From IMG/VR virus record IMGVR_UViG_3300045988_141197: 64,000 bases of DNA; one strand, given 5' to 3'. This DNA comes from a virus. The notes beneath the pieces were generated by a model that saw nothing but the letters and a program-made list of their open reading frames with translations, ran no database searches and was not told the DNA's origin. Shown one piece after another: positions 38,700-47,485 of the stretch (position 1 is its first letter; each line of letters opens with the position of its first letter). The translations under genes and the position numbers were made by a program.

Positions 38700-40259
38700 A
38701 TGGCTTTTATCGATATTTATACAAATAATTTATCTAGAGAACTTAGAAATGCTACTACATACATCGATAACTGGGCTTACGTTCCTGGTACTGCAATTAC
38801 AGGTGATTATAAAAGAATTTATGCTTTTGAATCTCTTGATGATTTCAAAAATACTTGCGGAACTAGAGGTCCTGAAGGATCTATTACATTTGAATATGTA
38901 AGCGGATTATTAAATGCTGGAATACCTGTTTTATTCAGAAGAATAGCTTGTACCGGACAAGATACAGCATCTGAAACTTTAGGGGTTACTAAAGCAGAAA
39001 CTTACTTAACACATTTTGATGCTGATACTCAAGCAGATGTTAATGATGTTAAAGTAACAGAAAAATACGGTGGTACATTTGGTAATGATTTGAACATTAC
39101 TATAAGAAATACAGGTGTAGCTATTTATTTAGATGTATATCTAAAATATACACTTTTAGAAAGACAAAAACTAATTACTATAACAACTAAAGATTCTCAA
39201 TTAGAAATAAATCAAAAATTAATTGATGCTTTAACAAATGCTTCTTTTGAAAGAATAGATGTAGAAGTATTAATCAAAGATCCAGCTAAGTTTGATTTAC
39301 AAACAGTTACAGGAAAATATTTATCAGGAGGAACTGACTTTGATGAAAGTTTAGTAGCAGCTGAGATTCCAAAGAGTTATGAATTTATAACAGATAAAAT
39401 ATTATATCAACCTAAATTCTTAACATCTGGTGGATATACAGATCCTGATATGACATCAGCTACTGATATTGCATCAGCTATGATAAACTTATCATTAAAA
39501 AGACAAGATTGTAGAGCTTTAATAGATCTACCTATTGGAACCCCTGCAGAAGAACAACAATCATTGGCACAAACAGTTGCTTATCAACAATTAAGTGATG
39601 ATCAAGCTATTCCTAGTGCTAGTATATGTGCTCCATGGCAATATATGCAAGTTGGTACATCTCAATTATGGATGCCGCCATCATATGTATATTTAACAGT
39701 TATGGGAAGTTCTTTAAGTAAAGGGGGAAAACCTTATACACCAAAAGCAGGTATTACAACAGGACAAGTAGCTAATATTATAAGACCTGAGTTTGAAATA
39801 GGAGCTGATCTTTCAGAACAATGGCAATCAGATACAGCTGTTAATATAAACCCAATTATGAAATTGCAAGGTGGAAGATATGTAATAGCTGGAAATAGTA
39901 CATTGTTAATGCCTGATTCAGCTTTAGGTGAAGAAAATGCATTTTCAGAATCAAGTGCTGATTTAGCTATAATTGAAATAAGAAGATTTGTTTATAACTT
40001 AGCTACAGAATTACAATATCAATATAATTCAGCTGATGCTTTTGAAACATTTGCATTAAGAACATCAAACTTCTTAGATACAATGGAAAGTAACGGAGCT
40101 GTTATGGATTATGTAATTGAAAACATAAGTACAAATGCTGATCCTAGAACATTAAAAATTAAATTAGATGTTTATGTAGCACCTACAATTAAAAGAATTC
40201 AAATTTATCTTAACGTTGCTTATGGAAACATAGAATTAACAATGGGAGGTGAAGAATAA
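38700..40259 (+). CDS. tail sheath protein
   Basis: 519 aa protein directly followed by the tube gene and a terminator. Size and synteny match the sheath-tube pair of contractile tails. Confidence 0.65.
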   Translation: MAFIDIYTNNLSRELRNATTYIDNWAYVPGTAITGDYKRIYAFESLDDFKNTCGTRGPEGSITFEYVSGLLNAGIPVLFRRIACTGQDTASETLGVTKAETYLTHFDADTQADVNDVKVTEKYGGTFGNDLNITIRNTGVAIYLDVYLKYTLLERQKLITITTKDSQLEINQKLIDALTNASFERIDVEVLIKDPAKFDLQTVTGKYLSGGTDFDESLVAAEIPKSYEFITDKILYQPKFLTSGGYTDPDMTSATDIASAMINLSLKRQDCRALIDLPIGTPAEEQQSLAQTVAYQQLSDDQAIPSASICAPWQYMQVGTSQLWMPPSYVYLTVMGSSLSKGGKPYTPKAGITTGQVANIIRPEFEIGADLSEQWQSDTAVNINPIMKLQGGRYVIAGNSTLLMPDSALGEENAFSESSADLAIIEIRRFVYNLATELQYQYNSADAFETFALRTSNFLDTMESNGAVMDYVIENISTNADPRTLKIKLDVYVAPTIKRIQIYLNVAYGNIELTMGGEE

Positions 40260-40996
40260 TGGGTCAAATATTTGAAAATAATGATCTTCAACAACTACAA
40301 AATAGTAATGTTAATTACTTAGGAACAAGCTATATTTTAAATCATAAAGAAGATTTCGAACCAGGTAGATCTTCAGACTTCATATTAAAAATTAAGTTTA
40401 CTAGAGATTTATATGATATGGATGGTAACTTAGTTGCATATGCAGATGAAGCTACAGAAGCTTTAGCATTATCTTTAAGAGATTATACAGGACCTCAATT
40501 AGCAATTGAACCTATTTCTATTAAAACAGGTAATGGAACAGTTAATTATGCAGGAGTACCTTCAGTTGGTAACTCACCTATATCTTTTACAGATTATATA
40601 GGTATGAGAACAGAAAATATATTACTTGCTTGGTATTCAATGGCTCATAATATTCAAAATGATAAAATAGGATTTAAAGAATATTATGCACAAGATGGTT
40701 TATTATATAAATGGGCTCCTAATGGAACAAGACAAATATCTTGGAAATTATGGGGATGTTGGATTAATGAATATAATCAAGGTCAATTCTCAAGAAACAA
40801 TCCTGAATTAAGACAATTTAGTACAACAATTTATTATGATAAACCTACACCATTTGGAACACCAGAATATCCTAAATGGAATGTTAATTCATCAGATAAA
40901 ACAAGTGCTGCTTATACAAATTCTTCATCACAAGCATATATCGGAACATTAGGAAATTCTATGATAGATTCTACAAAAAATAGAGTTAATGCTTAA
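40259..40996 (+). CDS. tail tube protein
   Basis: Translationally coupled to the sheath gene (overlapping ATG); followed by a strong terminator. Confidence 0.6.
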   Translation: MGQIFENNDLQQLQNSNVNYLGTSYILNHKEDFEPGRSSDFILKIKFTRDLYDMDGNLVAYADEATEALALSLRDYTGPQLAIEPISIKTGNGTVNYAGVPSVGNSPISFTDYIGMRTENILLAWYSMAHNIQNDKIGFKEYYAQDGLLYKWAPNGTRQISWKLWGCWINEYNQGQFSRNNPELRQFSTTIYYDKPTPFGTPEYPKWNVNSSDKTSAAYTNSSSQAYIGTLGNSMIDSTKNRVNA

Positions 40997-41005
40997 TTAT
41001 ATAAC

Positions 41006-41039
41006 AAAGAGAGTCAATTTAGACTCTCTTTTTATTTTT
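41006..41039 (+). terminator. rho-independent terminator
   Basis: Hairpin aaagagagtcaatttagactctcttt followed by tttatttttg. Confidence 0.7.
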
Positions 41040-41040
41040 G

Positions 41041-41056
41041 GTAAAATATTAATAAG
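41041..41056 (+). promoter_or_regulatory. promoter-like motif GTAAAATATTAATAAG
   Basis: Conserved motif between the terminator and RBS ggaggtag. Confidence 0.45.
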
Positions 41057-41079
41057 AAGATATCTTGGAGGTAGAAATA

Positions 41080-44000
41080 TTGAAAGAAGATAAAAACCAA
41101 AATTTAGATGTACTATCTACTTTGACTAATGAGGAAAAATTAAAAGTCAAAGAGATATTAGCACAAATATCAGATAAGGGTAAATCTAAAGAATTAGATA
41201 ATTTATATTACGATGATTATGAAGAAATACCTGTAGATCTTGAAACTTTTTTAAGTAATGATTTATATTTAGGTAATTACACAAATCATGGTAAAGATAT
41301 TTATGAAACATGGAAAAAAGAATTAGCATATGTTCATAATCCTGCAACTTTTTGCGATCAGTGGGCTATTACAGGAAGTACAGGAACAGGTAAAGCAAGT
41401 CCATTAAGATCAAAAGTTTTTACAGCTAATGGTTATATAAAAATGGGAGATATACAGATAGGCACTAAAGTTATAAATGGAAAAGGGTATGAAACAGAGG
41501 TTACGCATATATATCCACAAGGTAAATTACCTGTTTACAGAATAACTTTTTCTGATAGGACATATATAGAATGCGCGGATAATCATTTATGGCAGGTAAC
41601 TGAATATGGCAAAGGTAGAGCTAAAGAAAATTTAGTATTAAATACTCTACAATTAAAAGAAAATTTAAATAAAGGTTATAAGTATAGAATACCTTTAGCT
41701 GTAATAGATTGTTGGAATAGTGATACTGAAATAGATCCTTACTTATTGGGATGTTTAATTGGTGATGGATGTTTACAAACTGATAGTATATCTATTTGTA
41801 CTCCTGAGCAAGATATAAAAATAAAAATAGAAAATATTGTTACTTCAATGGGATATAGCTTCAATTATATTGCTCGAGATAGTTATGGCATTCGTGCCAA
41901 TGGTAAATTTGGATTTAACAGTAATAAAGGCAGTATTAACCCTTTAAAAGATTATCTTAATTCTTTAGGATTACTATGTAAATCGGTGGATAAACATATT
42001 CCAAAAGAATATTTATATACTACTGTAGAAAATAGAATAAAATTATTACAAGGATTATTTGATACAGATGGGTGGGTTTGTAATAATGGAAAGGCTAGAT
42101 CAGTATTGATATGGAATACTTCTAGTCCTCAACTTTCTGAAGATTTTGCATTTTTAGTAAGATCTTTAGGCGGAACTGACACTGTAGTTAGAAAAAAAGC
42201 AAAATATTGTACAAAAAATTCTAAAGATTATATAGAATGTAATGATTCATATCAACATACCATAAAATTTAGCAATGATATATTACCTTTTAGCTCTAAT
42301 AAACATAAATCCAAGTATATAGAACCTCAAAATAAAGCTATTCGTAGGATTATAAATATTGAACATATAGGTGAGGAAGAATGTCAGTGTATTGTTGTGA
42401 AAAGTGACGATCATACATATTTAATGGATAATTTAACTGTAACTCATAATTCAACAGTATCTACTTATTCTTTATGCTATGAGTTATATAAGTTAATGTG
42501 TTTAAAAAATCCTAATAGATTTTATCTAGATGCTAATGAAACTATATGGATTTTATTCTTTAACCTTAATTTAAAATTAGCTGAAAAGACAATGTGGGGT
42601 AAATTTCAAAAAGCTTTACAAATGTCTCCTTGGTTTATGGAAAGAGGAACTGTAACGGGTAGAACAAATTTAGTTTATCAACCTAATAAAGATATTAAAT
42701 TAGGTATAGGATCTACTGAAGAACATGCATTATCTGTAGCTGTTATGTTTTGTGCTATAGATGAGATGTCTTTTGGAGATAACGATAATGTAGAATATAT
42801 GCAAGCAGGTATGATGCAGATATATAATCAGTTATATCTACGTCTATCTTCTCGTTTTTCTAAAGCAGGTAGAATACAAGGTAGAATGTATTTAATTTCA
42901 TCGGCTAAATCAACTAATGCTGTATTAGAATCATTTATTAGAGATAATGAAGGACAACCTGGAATGCATGTATCTAGATATAAACAATGGGAAGTATTAC
43001 CTGCATCTAAATTTTCTGGTAAGTGGTTTAAATTAGCTGTAGGAAATGAATTATTATCTAGTTATATAATGGGTACTAATGTAACAGATGAACAAGTAAA
43101 AGAAGCTGAAGAACAAGGTTATCAGGTTATTGATGTTCCTTTAGAAACGTTACATAGATTTGAAATGGACTTAAATAGAACATTAATAGATACATGTGGT
43201 ATTTCTGTTCAATCAAGTTATAAATACATTCCATATAGAATAGTTGAACCTTGTATTGGTAATGGTTCTAATCCTTTTAAAGATGAAATTATTAAAACAG
43301 GATTAAAGGATAAATTACAGATAAAGGACTTCTTTATATCAGAACTTGTTCCTGAAATGTTATATTCTAAAAAATTATATATTCATTGCGACTTATCAAA
43401 ATCAGGAGACATGACAGGTATAAGTGCTGTAGCTGTATTAGGTTACAAAAATCAAGAAAGATATGATGATACAGGTCAAACTAATACATTAAAAGAAATT
43501 GTATTTCGTCATGTATTTTCAGTTGGATTACAATGCCCACCTAATGATGAGTTAAGTATGATTAAGGTCAAGGACTTTCTTCATTATTTAAAATATGACT
43601 TAGGATGGAATATAGCAGGAGTAAGCTGTGATGGTTATCAATCCCTGATGTTATTACAAAGTTTACAATTAGATGGTTTCACTGTAAAAGAAGTATCTAT
43701 GGATATTATAAAAAATAAAGAATGTGTAGGCTACACAGCATTTAGAAATGTACTTGTAGAGCAAAGAATTAAATTATTAAAATTACATACATTATTAAAA
43801 GAAATAACAAATTTAGAAAAGAATGATACTACTGGAAAAGTAGATCACCCAAAGCAATGTTTAATAGGTGATACTAAAATTAAAATGTTGGATGGTAAAT
43901 CTAAAACAATATTAGAATTATTAAGTGATTATGAAAATAATATACCTAATTATGTATATACTTTTAATGAAAAAACTTTGAAAATAGAGCCTAAATTAAT

Positions 44001-45390
44001 TAAAAATGTATGGTTTACAGGATACCGAAAAGATCTGTATAAAATAACTTTAGATAACGGTGCTGTAATTATTTGCACTTCTAATCACCCTTTTATGCTA
44101 AGAGAGGGCTCATATAAATCAGCTGAAAATTTACAAGTAAATGAAGCTTTAATGCCTTTATATACAAAAATATCTAATAAAGGTTTAAAGGGATATAGAA
44201 TGTACTATGAGCCAATGGAATGTAGATGGCATTATGAGCATACTAACTTTGATCTAATAAGGCAAAATAATTATACAAAAGGCAATGTTACACATCATGC
44301 TAATTATAATAAGTTAGATAACAAGCCAACCAATCTTAAATATATAACTAAACAAAGACATAGATATATTCATAATAGAAATCAGTTTTTAGAAGAAAGA
44401 TTGAAGCGTAGTGAGTCTATCAAAAATTGGCATAAACTTAATAAAGATTCTGTTTTATATAAACAAAGGACTAAAAAAACTATAGATAGTTTAAAAAAAT
44501 ATAATTTGGAAAATAAAACTAAAATTTTAGCAGTTAGACAAAATATAGACTATAATAATTTTTCTGAAGAAGCTAAATTAAGAATGAATCATAAAGGTTA
44601 TATAAAGTATACAAATGGATATAAAAGCATATTATTACCTCCTGATTTAGATCCTCTGGCTAATTATTACAGGCCAATTTCTAATACGAGAATTAATAGA
44701 GGTAAACAAATATTGAGATTAAAGCAGTCTAAGTTAATTCATGCCTTTCAAAAAAATATAAAATATAAACATAAAAAATTATGTAACCTAAATAAAAGGT
44801 TATACCAGATAGGTAAAAAATTAGATAAACTAACTTATAATGACTTTAATAAATTCGTTTACAAGAATCATAAAATACTAAAAATTGAAAAATTAGATAA
44901 ATATGAAAAAGTATATGATATAGAAGTGGAAGATAATCATAATTTTGCTTTAGATGCGGGAATATTTGTACACAATTCAGTAAAAATATTAGAAGATGGA
45001 ACAAAAGTTAAATCTGTAGGAAAAGATATATCTGATAGTTTAGGAGGGGCTATTTATAATGCTATTTTAAGTGTAGATGTAAATGAGCTTGATTATCTGG
45101 AAAATATTACGATAGCTGAAACAGGGATAGCTACTTTAAATTCTTATGAAACTGTAGCAGATAGATTATTTGGATTTAACCGAGATGCTAGAGGTAATTT
45201 AATTCAGGTAGATAATAAAACAGATGAAAATGAAGATGAATTAATATCTAATGCTATTAATCAAGAAATAAAGAATAATCAAAAAGTACTAGATCAAATA
45301 AAGCAAAGTAATAAAAGTACTAAATTATCTGATCAGCAGTTACTAGATATGTATAATACAATGACTGGTAATGGATTTGTGATTTTTTAA
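41080..45390 (+). CDS. terminase large subunit-like ATPase/nuclease interrupted by two inteins
   Basis: Walker A GSTGTGK(A)|ST split by intein 1. Walker B CAIDEMSF. RNaseH-like nuclease motif YIHCDLSKSGDMTGISAVAV. C-terminal DISDSLGGAIYNAI. The spliced product would be ~717 aa. A TTG start at 41080 is preferred over the track start at 41065. Confidence 0.5.
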   Translation: MKEDKNQNLDVLSTLTNEEKLKVKEILAQISDKGKSKELDNLYYDDYEEIPVDLETFLSNDLYLGNYTNHGKDIYETWKKELAYVHNPATFCDQWAITGSTGTGKASPLRSKVFTANGYIKMGDIQIGTKVINGKGYETEVTHIYPQGKLPVYRITFSDRTYIECADNHLWQVTEYGKGRAKENLVLNTLQLKENLNKGYKYRIPLAVIDCWNSDTEIDPYLLGCLIGDGCLQTDSISICTPEQDIKIKIENIVTSMGYSFNYIARDSYGIRANGKFGFNSNKGSINPLKDYLNSLGLLCKSVDKHIPKEYLYTTVENRIKLLQGLFDTDGWVCNNGKARSVLIWNTSSPQLSEDFAFLVRSLGGTDTVVRKKAKYCTKNSKDYIECNDSYQHTIKFSNDILPFSSNKHKSKYIEPQNKAIRRIINIEHIGEEECQCIVVKSDDHTYLMDNLTVTHNSTVSTYSLCYELYKLMCLKNPNRFYLDANETIWILFFNLNLKLAEKTMWGKFQKALQMSPWFMERGTVTGRTNLVYQPNKDIKLGIGSTEEHALSVAVMFCAIDEMSFGDNDNVEYMQAGMMQIYNQLYLRLSSRFSKAGRIQGRMYLISSAKSTNAVLESFIRDNEGQPGMHVSRYKQWEVLPASKFSGKWFKLAVGNELLSSYIMGTNVTDEQVKEAEEQGYQVIDVPLETLHRFEMDLNRTLIDTCGISVQSSYKYIPYRIVEPCIGNGSNPFKDEIIKTGLKDKLQIKDFFISELVPEMLYSKKLYIHCDLSKSGDMTGISAVAVLGYKNQERYDDTGQTNTLKEIVFRHVFSVGLQCPPNDELSMIKVKDFLHYLKYDLGWNIAGVSCDGYQSLMLLQSLQLDGFTVKEVSMDIIKNKECVGYTAFRNVLVEQRIKLLKLHTLLKEITNLEKNDTTGKVDHPKQCLIGDTKIKMLDGKSKTILELLSDYENNIPNYVYTFNEKTLKIEPKLIKNVWFTGYRKDLYKITLDNGAVIICTSNHPFMLREGSYKSAENLQVNEALMPLYTKISNKGLKGYRMYYEPMECRWHYEHTNFDLIRQNNYTKGNVTHHANYNKLDNKPTNLKYITKQRHRYIHNRNQFLEERLKRSESIKNWHKLNKDSVLYKQRTKKTIDSLKKYNLENKTKILAVRQNIDYNNFSEEAKLRMNHKGYIKYTNGYKSILLPPDLDPLANYYRPISNTRINRGKQILRLKQSKLIHAFQKNIKYKHKKLCNLNKRLYQIGKKLDKLTYNDFNKFVYKNHKILKIEKLDKYEKVYDIEVEDNHNFALDAGIFVHNSVKILEDGTKVKSVGKDISDSLGGAIYNAILSVDVNELDYLENITIAETGIATLNSYETVADRLFGFNRDARGNLIQVDNKTDENEDELISNAINQEIKNNQKVLDQIKQSNKSTKLSDQQLLDMYNTMTGNGFVIF
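41398..42450 (+). mobile_element. intein 1 with LAGLIDADG homing-endonuclease domain (inserted in P-loop)
   Basis: Intein block A S/A-PLRSKVFTANGYIKMGDI. Two LAGLIDADG motifs, LLGCLIGDGCL and LLQGLFDTDGWV. C-terminal VTHN followed by S+1. The N-terminal boundary is ambiguous (A111 or S112 of the track protein). Confidence 0.75.
43858..44976 (+). mobile_element. intein 2 with HNH-type endonuclease domain
   Basis: Starts CLIGDTKIKMLDG and ends GIFVHN followed by S+1. Internal HNH-like segment WHYEHTN...GNVTHHAN...N...H. Confidence 0.75.
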
Positions 45391-45405
45391 GTTGTTATAA
45401 TATAT

Positions 45406-45420
45406 GTAAAATATTAATAG
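45406..45420 (+). promoter_or_regulatory. promoter-like motif GTAAAATATTAATAG
   Basis: Copy of the conserved motif. Confidence 0.4.
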
Positions 45421-45454
45421 AGATTAAAATATAATTTTGGAGGTAGAAAAGATT

Positions 45455-46252
45455 ATGAGTAATAAAAAAGATGAAAGTAAAGAAATATTACCAGATATTT
45501 CTAATATTAAAACTCAAGAAACATTTACATTACCAAGCAAGGGTTTGGTTTATGATGAAAGAGATAATATCCCTGCTAGTATTACTTTAAGAAGAATGAC
45601 CACAAAAGAGGATAAAATTCGTATGAGAAATTTATCTGAAGATAAAATAAGAAGAGATATTTTACAAGCTTGCATCTTAGAACCAGATGTTAAAGCTGAT
45701 AAATTAAAATTATCTGATGCTAATTTCTTATTATTTAAGTTAAGAGTATTGAGTCTATTAGATGATCTATACAAAGTGCAAATTGTATGTCCTAACTGTG
45801 CTACTACTTATATACATGAAGTTCATTTAAATGATGTTCCTGTAGATTATTTTACAAAAACTAAGTTAAATGAGATGTCTATGGTATTACCTTTATCAAA
45901 AGTAAAAATAGATTTTAAATATCCTTCATTAGGAGATATGATAAATATGGGAGAAAAATTAAGAACATATTTTGATAAATTCCCTAATGCAGATAGAGGA
46001 GAATCTATTTATACTACATCAGCAATGCTATATATTAAGCAAGTAAATGGAGAAAATCTTATATCAGAAGAATTAGAAGATTTTGTTGATAACATGGATA
46101 TAATTGATAATAAATATTTCAGAAAGCATTTAATGGCTTTAGATGATCTTTATGGATTATCATCTGATATAGCTTGTAGTTGTCCAAGCTGTGGTCATGA
46201 GACTAAACATGGTTTACCAATAACAGGTGAATTATTCAATCCCAGTTTATAA
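45455..46252 (+). CDS. zinc-ribbon protein at tail-assembly-chaperone position
   Basis: ATG at 45455 after RBS ggaggtag. C-terminal CPNC...CSCPSCGH. Lies between the tube and tape-measure genes. Confidence 0.4.
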   Translation: MSNKKDESKEILPDISNIKTQETFTLPSKGLVYDERDNIPASITLRRMTTKEDKIRMRNLSEDKIRRDILQACILEPDVKADKLKLSDANFLLFKLRVLSLLDDLYKVQIVCPNCATTYIHEVHLNDVPVDYFTKTKLNEMSMVLPLSKVKIDFKYPSLGDMINMGEKLRTYFDKFPNADRGESIYTTSAMLYIKQVNGENLISEELEDFVDNMDIIDNKYFRKHLMALDDLYGLSSDIACSCPSCGHETKHGLPITGELFNPSL

Positions 46253-46484
46253 AAAAGAGTTACAAAAAGCTGATATACAATTCATAAAAGAACATTTAAA
46301 TGACGTATTGGACCAGCAAGTTATAATAAGTCAGATGTCTAATGGTATAACTTATCAAGATACTGAAAATATGGATGAATATGAAAGAGTTTATATATTA
46401 AGTAAATTAATAGAAATGAAAAAAGAAGAAGTTGAAGCTAGACAAAAAGCTTATGATGAAATGAAAAATAAAAATGGATTATAA
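46227..46484 (+). CDS. overlapping +1-frame ORF (possible frameshift extension of 45455-46252)
   Basis: GTG-initiated ORF with no clear independent RBS. It overlaps the last 26 nt of the upstream gene in the +1 frame. Confidence 0.25.
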   Translation: MNYSIPVYKKELQKADIQFIKEHLNDVLDQQVIISQMSNGITYQDTENMDEYERVYILSKLIEMKKEEVEARQKAYDEMKNKNGL

Positions 46485-46520
46485 AAGATACTAGAGAATT
46501 AGTTCTCTAGTATCTTTGTT
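46485..46520. terminator. bidirectional rho-independent terminator
   Basis: Palindrome aagatactagagaa-tt-agttctctagtatctt between convergent genes. Confidence 0.6.
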
Positions 46521-47353
46521 TTAAAATATTCATTATATTCTTCTATAGTACCTCTATCTTGAGAAACTTCTAATTTAGGTAATTCAATACCAAATCTTTT
46601 AAATAATAATTCTACATCTTTATTATAGTGATTCTTACGAAATTCTTCAAAATCTTGTTTTACTGTTTTCATATCATTAGGTTTATTTAAGTAATCTTGT
46701 AATTCATTAATATTTGTTGTATAGTTTTTAATTTTATCTTCAATTTCAGCTTTTATATTATCTTTTGAGTTTTTAAATTCATCTTCTACTTTTTTAATCT
46801 GTGCTTCTATAGCAGTTATGGTTTCTTCATTATCTTTTATTTTTGCTTTATTTAAAGATCTAGAAATTATAGACTTTGATAATTTAGTATTTTCACTTTT
46901 TATTCGCTCTACTTTTCTTTTAAGTTTTTTTGTATTAGGTTCTAAGTTTTCTAAATTTTCTTTTAATTCATCAATTACTTTTTGACCTTCTTTAATACTT
47001 TCTAATATTATTTGTCTTTTAATTTCTTCTTTATCAATATTATATATAGATAAGAATTCTTTGAAATCGATATAAGATATTCCTAAATCTTCACATAATC
47101 TTCTTCTATAATCTTCTTGGTCTTGTTTAACTTGGTCTTGTAATTCTTCTTTTTGGCTTAAAGAATTTTCATATGCTTGCTCTTTCATAAGATTTAATTT
47201 TTCTTGTTCTATCTGGTTTGCTTTTTCTTGAGCATCTAGTAAATCCCAAATATTTTGAGCTTGAATTCTTTCATTTAATGTAGTTCCTTCCCAGCCATAA
47301 TCAAATTCTCCAAATAGACCACCTGGTCTTTGATTTCTTGGCATATAAATCAT
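46499..47353 (-). CDS. coiled-coil protein, the only minus-strand gene (moron candidate)
   Basis: 284 aa ORF with RBS aaggagatg on the minus strand; predicted coiled coil over most of its length. Confidence 0.5.
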   Translation of the reverse strand: MIYMPRNQRPGGLFGEFDYGWEGTTLNERIQAQNIWDLLDAQEKANQIEQEKLNLMKEQAYENSLSQKEELQDQVKQDQEDYRRRLCEDLGISYIDFKEFLSIYNIDKEEIKRQIILESIKEGQKVIDELKENLENLEPNTKKLKRKVERIKSENTKLSKSIISRSLNKAKIKDNEETITAIEAQIKKVEDEFKNSKDNIKAEIEDKIKNYTTNINELQDYLNKPNDMKTVKQDFEEFRKNHYNKDVELLFKRFGIELPKLEVSQDRGTIEEYNEYFKTKILEN

Positions 47354-47444
47354 CTCCTTTACAGAATACTCTTCTTATATATATTATAACATATTTTTTA
47401 AAAAATGGAACGGGATTTATAAAAAATAACTATATTGTTTATTT

Positions 47445-47459
47445 GTAAAATATTATTAG
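47445..47459 (+). promoter_or_regulatory. promoter-like motif GTAAAATATTATTAG
   Basis: Copy of the conserved motif upstream of the tape-measure gene. Confidence 0.4.
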
Positions 47460-47485
47460 AAATAAAAGATTTAAGGAGATATAAT

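Noticed and set aside
41065-41079. Track start TTG at 41065 for the terminase-like gene (and 45437 / 47435 for the next genes)
   Set aside because: These starts lie upstream of or inside the RBS (ggaggtag). Downstream starts at 41080, 45455 and 47486 have proper SD spacing and are preferred.
41080-45390. Alternative identity of the 1441-aa protein as helicase or other P-loop enzyme
   Set aside because: After removing the inteins, the Walker A/B spacing plus the RNaseH-like DLSKSGDMTG motif and C-terminal D.SD..G.AI fit large terminases better. Retained with moderate confidence only.
45550-45774. Minus-strand ORF inside the chaperone-position gene
   Set aside because: Antisense, AT-rich; spurious.
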